From the IMG/VR virus record IMGVR_UViG_3300018080_000014, positions 24,647 to 88,646 of that record: DNA of 64,000 nucleotides; one strand, 5' to 3'. The notes under the pieces are model-generated. The model was not told the origin of the DNA. It saw only the letters and a list, made by a program, of their open reading frames with translations, and ran no database searches. The stretch's first letter is position 1. Each line of letters begins with the position of its first letter. The DNA is from a virus. Position numbers and translations under genes: made by a program. Positions 58,716 through 64,000 of the stretch are shown here, in pieces.

Positions 58716-59092
58716 ATGATATACAAAAGGATCTTGAAGATGCGTTCAAGAACATCAAGAATTTCGGTGATCTTGCCCCTTCAAATATATGGATGACCAA
58801 GAAAACGGCAACAATGATAAAGGAACACCGTGTACCTCCACACGTACCACGCATGGTGGATCATTACACGAGGCCTAGATTCATGCCGCGATGGAAGTGG
58901 TACTTCCTGAGATGGTTCGATGATTTCAAGCAAGAACTTGCCACGATGAAATGGAGACAAGGAGGCAAACCAAACCACGGCATTCTGTACATGCCCGGAT
59001 TCTTCATAAACAGCACGGTGGCGAGACTGCTGGAAACAGCATGCGAGCCCATGTACCACGGCCCGGGTGAAAGGAAGGGTAATGAAAAATGA
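58700..59092 (+). CDS. Protein with N-terminal MCP A-domain-like fragment
   Basis: DIQKDLEDA...FGD...KKTATMIKEHRV vs MCP DPFKDMDNA...LGD...TKTAKILKNHDV. Confidence 0.6.
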   Translation: MEKILNDIQKDLEDAFKNIKNFGDLAPSNIWMTKKTATMIKEHRVPPHVPRMVDHYTRPRFMPRWKWYFLRWFDDFKQELATMKWRQGGKPNHGILYMPGFFINSTVARLLETACEPMYHGPGERKGNEK

Positions 59093-59322
59093 TCAAGGAT
59101 AAATCCACGCACGAGCTGCTATACATTTTATCACAGAAGGGACATTGCTGGTACAACGAGACGAAATGCTACAGGATATTCAACGAGCTGGTAGATAGGA
59201 TTGATGATGATGAAAGAAGAAACCTGTCCGTGGCATTATCACACATGTACTCATGCGGGGAAGGACCAATGGAACTGATAGACATATGCAAGGAATTGAT
59301 GGAGAAGTACAAGGATGATTAG
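59089..59322 (+). CDS. Small helical hypothetical protein
   Basis: Coupled on both sides. Confidence 0.55.
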   Translation: MIKDKSTHELLYILSQKGHCWYNETKCYRIFNELVDRIDDDERRNLSVALSHMYSCGEGPMELIDICKELMEKYKDD

Positions 59323-60190
59323 AAGCCCGATAAAATGGTTTGGTGGAAAGAGCTGGCTGGTGGAGAAAATCATCAGCTACATACCACGAGAATGTGACGT
59401 GGTAATAGAAGCATTTGGTGGAGGAGCATGGCTGACGCTCAATCTTCCTCTTGGGCGGTTCAAGGTAATCATATGCAACGACATCAACGACCTGCTCATA
59501 AATTTCTGGATGGTCCTAAAGAATTCACACGCGGAACTGAAGGATGCTGCCATGCATGTACCAGATAGTGAGGTGGTATATGGGCATTTCGAGGACGTGA
59601 TAAACCATGGTGTACCGTACTTGGAAAAACTGGAAGATCCCGTGGAGATGGCACTGGCATTCTTTTACTTGAATACGCACAGTTATTCTGGCATACACAC
59701 GGGATTCCACGGGTTGAACTTTTCCACGCCTACGCAAAACCAACGAGCATACTTGTCAAAAATAGACCTATTCGAGGATATATGGTCCAGAATAAAATAC
59801 GTTACATTTAAAAACACTGACGTTATAGACCTGTTGAAGTCTGCTGATCGTGATAATGTTTTCATTTACTTGGACCCGCCATACTTCCAAGGTGGTGAAG
59901 TCTATGAATCCATCCATGGTGGCAAGCCGTGGGGCGAGGAAGATTTTTTCCGCCTGAGGGAAAGATTGTGGGAAATGGAGCATGCAAAAATACTCGTGTC
60001 CATCGATCAAGGAGAGTATTTCAAGAAGGAAGGGTGGCACATGGAGGAGATAGAGAAGACGAAAAAGCTGCGAGCAGAAGCAAAGATTGGAAGAGAAACG
60101 TTGGTGATGAATTACGAGCCTATTGGAATGGTTGAAAATGGAGAAAAAACACAGGCAGGAAGCACGGCAGCAGACCCGTGGTACTTCTAA
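59315..60190 (+). CDS. Dam-like (D12 class) N6-adenine DNA methyltransferase
   Basis: SPIKWFGGK, EAFGGG, NDIN..LINFW, YLDPPY; ends DPWYF. Confidence 0.9.
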   Translation: MIRSPIKWFGGKSWLVEKIISYIPRECDVVIEAFGGGAWLTLNLPLGRFKVIICNDINDLLINFWMVLKNSHAELKDAAMHVPDSEVVYGHFEDVINHGVPYLEKLEDPVEMALAFFYLNTHSYSGIHTGFHGLNFSTPTQNQRAYLSKIDLFEDIWSRIKYVTFKNTDVIDLLKSADRDNVFIYLDPPYFQGGEVYESIHGGKPWGEEDFFRLRERLWEMEHAKILVSIDQGEYFKKEGWHMEEIEKTKKLRAEAKIGRETLVMNYEPIGMVENGEKTQAGSTAADPWYF

Positions 60191-60464
60191 GAATTTGGTA
60201 CATGAGATAGACGAGGCAATAGACGAGTTCCGCGAGCAGCATTTCAGGCAACCGGAATTCCTGCTCTTGAATTACCGCACGGCATTTGTTGTCAAGAAGG
60301 AGATTGGCGAAAGGATGAAATACATCGTTGATGCCCGTAACAACCTTATTGGATCCACGTACAGGGGATTGGAGGTTTTTGAATGTGGAATGGACATACC
60401 GTTTATAGTTATTGGTGGTAATATTACAAAGTTACTGAGATATGCAAGAAGGGAATACATATGA
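60138..60464 (+). CDS. Stand-alone HK97 A-domain-like small protein
   Basis: EIDEAI...PEFLLLNYRTA...ERMKYIVD...YRGLEV vs MCP DMDNAV...QLFIGTKTA...ERIKYVRD. Confidence 0.55.
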   Translation: MEKKHRQEARQQTRGTSKNLVHEIDEAIDEFREQHFRQPEFLLLNYRTAFVVKKEIGERMKYIVDARNNLIGSTYRGLEVFECGMDIPFIVIGGNITKLLRYARREYI

Positions 60465-61741
60465 CAATACTACATGGCGACTGCTTCCAGTTGGTGAAAT
60501 CCGTACCCCATGAAACGTTCCACGCTATCGTCACGGACCCACCATACGGGATTGAATGGCTGAATAACGATTGGGATAAGCCAGACAAACTGTGGGATAA
60601 GCGGCAGACAGACTACCCTTCAGCACGCGGTACAGATGGTAAAGCCAACCTTAACGAATACGAAGCTGGAGAGAAGTTCTATTTTTGGTTTTCCCCTATT
60701 GCACGAGAAATGCAGCGGACACTAAAAACGGGAGGTAGTTGCTTTGTATTTTCATCCACGAGAACACTGCACCATCCGATGCGATGCTTGGAAGAGGCAG
60801 GATTTTTGATAAAGGATGTCCTGATGTGGAATTACCATACTGGATTTCCCAAGGCAATAAGTGTCCCCTTTCTTGTTGACAAGCGTGCGGGAATTGTTAG
60901 CACGAGTGACCCGAATGGACACACGGCTGTTTCCCAAGCGGCACAGGAACATGAAGGATGGGTGGTAGGTCGTGCCAAGCCAGCATGGGAACCAATTATA
61001 TGGGCGACAAAGCCATGTGATACAGCCATAGACTGCATGCTTGAAGACGGTATAGGTGGTATAAATGTTGGAGAAACGAGAATACCGGTGAACCCGGAGA
61101 TCGATGACATGAAACGCACGGTGATCCGCCAGCCACGCCATCCTGATAACGTGCTTAATTTCGATGACGCCGGTATCGGTGACAAGAAGGAGATGTTCAC
61201 CGGTGTCAGGGAGGAAGGTAGATTCCCGGCAAACGTGGTAGTGGTAAATGGTGAGATATTGGGAAAGCCGAAATTTAATATAATGTATGGCATACGGAAA
61301 GATGACCAAGTAATAGATATACCTAAACCGGACAGGAGCGAAAGGGACATGGGATTGGAAAACTGCTCCCACAACCCCATCTCGGGCGACGTGTGGGACA
61401 AGAAACTTGTATGCGCATCATGTGGAAAGAGTGTCAGGAAGCCGAAGACGACATGCGGATGTGGCAATCCTGTACTACAGTGGAAAAAATCGAAAAGAAA
61501 GGTGGTAAGGAATACCCATCCAACCGTGAAACCAATCGCGCTGTTCGAGCATCTTGTACGTCTCGTGACGAGAAGGGGGCAAGTTGTTGCCGATTTCTTT
61601 GAAGGATCTGGAACGTGTGCGATAGCATGCAAGAAAACTGGACGCGAGCACTGGGGAGCGGAACAGGATGAGGAGTACTACAACTTGGCCACGTCACGCG
61701 TGGCAAACCTATTCAATACATATGACCCGTGGGATTTTTGA
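60461..61741 (+). CDS. Beta-class amino-DNA methyltransferase with Zn-ribbon insert
   Basis: GDC, VTDPPY, GFPK, KPAWEPI, GRFPAN, HPTVKP, DFFEGSGT; ends DPWDF. Confidence 0.9.
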   Translation: MTILHGDCFQLVKSVPHETFHAIVTDPPYGIEWLNNDWDKPDKLWDKRQTDYPSARGTDGKANLNEYEAGEKFYFWFSPIAREMQRTLKTGGSCFVFSSTRTLHHPMRCLEEAGFLIKDVLMWNYHTGFPKAISVPFLVDKRAGIVSTSDPNGHTAVSQAAQEHEGWVVGRAKPAWEPIIWATKPCDTAIDCMLEDGIGGINVGETRIPVNPEIDDMKRTVIRQPRHPDNVLNFDDAGIGDKKEMFTGVREEGRFPANVVVVNGEILGKPKFNIMYGIRKDDQVIDIPKPDRSERDMGLENCSHNPISGDVWDKKLVCASCGKSVRKPKTTCGCGNPVLQWKKSKRKVVRNTHPTVKPIALFEHLVRLVTRRGQVVADFFEGSGTCAIACKKTGREHWGAEQDEEYYNLATSRVANLFNTYDPWDF

Positions 61742-62025
61742 TGACGAGGCACAGCAGGCAGAGAAACATGAAAATAGTAACCACGTATCTGGGCAAGCAG
61801 CATGTTAGAATGCTGGAATTGCTCGTGGAAGAAGGATATTACCTTAATAACAGCGATGCCATAAGGGCGGCGATAGATCTCCTGATAGACGTGAGACTTG
61901 GAACGTCCGAAAAACTGGCAGAAATTGAAAGCAAGATGAAAGATCTTGGCAAAATGAGCTACGATGAAAGACGTGCCAAGAGGCGTGGAGAAGTGTACGA
62001 CAAGGATGGGATGGTGATAACGTGA
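61741..62025 (+). CDS. Ribbon-helix-helix (CopG/Arc) regulator
   Basis: KIVTTYL...L..LVEEGYY.N.SDAIRAAI. Confidence 0.8.
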   Translation: MTRHSRQRNMKIVTTYLGKQHVRMLELLVEEGYYLNNSDAIRAAIDLLIDVRLGTSEKLAEIESKMKDLGKMSYDERRAKRRGEVYDKDGMVIT

Positions 62026-62738
62026 GAATATCAAAAGTCAGCAACCAAGGCATGGCAGAGTTCGATGATGGCATATCAGCGATAGTATTCTTCTGCGGAT
62101 GCGATCTCGATTGCCCGTTCTGCCATAACGACAAGCTGATAAAGCTGGAAGATTGCCCGAAAAATGATTACGAGGCATGGGAAGCGGCGGAACTCATAAA
62201 GCTTGACATGGTGGATTGGGTATCGCTCACCGGTGGAGAGGTGCTTGTACAATCAGATTTTGGAACCGTGCGAAACATGATCGAGTACGTGAAAAGCAAA
62301 GGCAAGAAAGTAAACATAGATACCAACGGATTCATACGCAACGGATCGCCAAAGTGGAAGAATCTAAAGTCTATTGCTGGCATGCTTGACTGCATAAGCG
62401 TGGATATAAAGATGCAGAAAGTACAAACGAACACGTACCTGAACATGCATACATGGCTTGATGGCTTGCGTGTTCGAGATAAAACAAGATTTCGCATGGT
62501 AGTGCTGGAAGAAGTATCGGATGTATATTTCGCGAATCATACCATGAAGTTTTTCAAGTATAATGGTATAAAACGAATTGAACTGCTTCCAAATTCCATG
62601 CTCGGGAGAGGTGTGCAATTTTCGCGAACATCGAAAGAATTACTTGGACAGATTGCCACGTTTTATTCCGACAATGGAATTTCTACAGGACCAACGGAAA
62701 GCTTAAATACGAGTAATCATACAGGAGCTCGAGGCTAA
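62022..62738 (+). CDS. Radical SAM protein, glycyl-radical activase (NrdG/PflA)-like
   Basis: GCDLDCPFCHN, LTGGE, IDTNG, SVDIK. Confidence 0.8.
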   Translation: MRISKVSNQGMAEFDDGISAIVFFCGCDLDCPFCHNDKLIKLEDCPKNDYEAWEAAELIKLDMVDWVSLTGGEVLVQSDFGTVRNMIEYVKSKGKKVNIDTNGFIRNGSPKWKNLKSIAGMLDCISVDIKMQKVQTNTYLNMHTWLDGLRVRDKTRFRMVVLEEVSDVYFANHTMKFFKYNGIKRIELLPNSMLGRGVQFSRTSKELLGQIATFYSDNGISTGPTESLNTSNHTGARG

Positions 62739-64000
62739 TGATTATTGACGAATTTGAATCCAAGGGATATTCCATCAAGCTGGTAGATGACTACGATATA
62801 AGGGTGGTAAATCCATTTGGCAAGAAAATAAAGAATCCTCCATCACACGCTAGAAAGCATCCAAAGTGGCAAGAATTCAAGGACTTGCGAAAGATACATC
62901 GCAGGGAAGTTGCTGGGATAAAGCACGAATTCCTGAGATCCATGATGATGCGCAAGGAGGTTGACACGTACATTACCACGTCGAGAAAAAGCACGGTGAC
63001 GAATATAACAATGGCTGATTTGTATTCTGTCGTGGAAAACATGTACGTCGAGGCTCGTGTTAGAGCACATGATCCGGTAATACAAAAGGAGCCATTTGAT
63101 GAAACATGGAGAGGATTCGTGACTGGATACAACGACACGAACCTGCTCGTTGACGGAAAGATGGCGAGATTGATACGCATGCTGCATCCATCCGAGATAG
63201 ACGACTTGTGGGAAGTGCAGAAGCAGGCAATCATCGAGCTGCGAGACACGCATATCATGCAGCTTTTCAGGCCAACATTCGAGCCCGAGATAGACGAGGA
63301 ATACTATGTCATGCGGTTCTTGGAAATACCGATCAAGGCGAACCAGGCATATAAGGTGATAGACACGTATGATTGGAAAGTTCCACGATTACAAAACATG
63401 CCAGAAGAAGGAACTGTTGCCAAGTATTTCACTTCCAAGGATAACAAGTACATGGTACGGTGGCAATACTCCTTGGACTACCCGAGAGGGAAAAGTGAGT
63501 GGGAATCTGGCACGATGGAATTCTTCTTGTGCCATGATGGAATTGCACCACAACCATGCAGGGTGGTTGATGTTGATCCCGTGGTGTTTTCCGAGGCCGT
63601 GTGGGAGATACAGAAGATCATAGACACGTGCCGGGTCGATGACGAGGTATCCAAGACTACCATGACGTACAGGCAAAACATTGCCAAGATTTACATGGAT
63701 GCGTTGCACATAACCAATTGTGAAATAGTTGGTAGCGTCATAAAGGTGTATGGTGATTGGGGGATATATGGAATATCACTCAAGGATGGTAGATCCATGT
63801 GGTGGAGTAACAAGAGATATATCTGCATACAACCACTTACCGGGCACGAGCGTCCAAAATATGGCGCGTATCTTGTTGGTGATGGTGTTTTGGATGATCC
63901 AACATTAGCGTTGGCCATAGCAAAGATGCGTGATTTATCGGATGACACGCACCCAATAGATGAAGTTGAAGGTAGACAAATAAGACCAGAAAATCCCAAC
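62738..64000 (+). CDS. Partial CDS to window edge, DUF4132-like
   Basis: ATG at 62738 after promoter CCAACGGAAAGCTTAAATA; GKKIKNPP...K..FKDL...M and IRMLHPSE..W patterns. Confidence 0.45.
   Translation, partial: MIIDEFESKGYSIKLVDDYDIRVVNPFGKKIKNPPSHARKHPKWQEFKDLRKIHRREVAGIKHEFLRSMMMRKEVDTYITTSRKSTVTNITMADLYSVVENMYVEARVRAHDPVIQKEPFDETWRGFVTGYNDTNLLVDGKMARLIRMLHPSEIDDLWEVQKQAIIELRDTHIMQLFRPTFEPEIDEEYYVMRFLEIPIKANQAYKVIDTYDWKVPRLQNMPEEGTVAKYFTSKDNKYMVRWQYSLDYPRGKSEWESGTMEFFLCHDGIAPQPCRVVDVDPVVFSEAVWEIQKIIDTCRVDDEVSKTTMTYRQNIAKIYMDALHITNCEIVGSVIKVYGDWGIYGISLKDGRSMWWSNKRYICIQPLTGHERPKYGAYLVGDGVLDDPTLALAIAKMRDLSDDTHPIDEVEGRQIRPENPN

Noticed and set aside
1-64000. Prophage boundary, integrase or host genes
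   Set aside because: No recombinase, att pair or cellular housekeeping operon seen; the whole window reads as viral.

Overview
This 64-kb window is part of a tailed dsDNA archaeal virus (Caudoviricetes, contractile tail). The archaeal host is inferred from BRE-TATA promoters, a PCNA-like clamp with two RFC subunits, PolB, and a tRNA with a bulge-helix-bulge intron; the exact lineage cannot be read from sequence alone. Layout: 1-23.4 kb is a minus-strand virion/packaging module (TerS, TerL, portal, protease/scaffold, HK97-type MCP, neck, sheath, tube, tape measure, hub-spike, baseplate). 23.5-26.1 kb is a compositionally odd junction. 26.2-41.7 kb holds plus-strand early/accessory genes rich in Zn-finger microproteins. 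41.7-64 kb covers replication and DNA modification (RFC, clamp, PolB, three DNA methyltransferases, radical SAM). Four observations stand out. (1) At 56.9-60.5 kb, four ORFs are built from fragments resembling the virus's own capsid protein and terminase motifs, a candidate decoy array against capsid/terminase-sensing immunity. (2) A shared C-terminal DP[WF]xF peptide on PolB, RFC-large and two methyltransferases looks like a private clamp-binding motif coupling methylation to replication. (3) A ~1.47-kb two-gene island has no CCA/TGG and is followed by palindromic and CCGG-rich repeat arrays, reminiscent of a first-injected region plus injection-stop signal. (4) There is an intron-containing tRNA-Met and a separate tRNA minihelix. 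All functional calls come from motif recognition by eye; no database searches were run.
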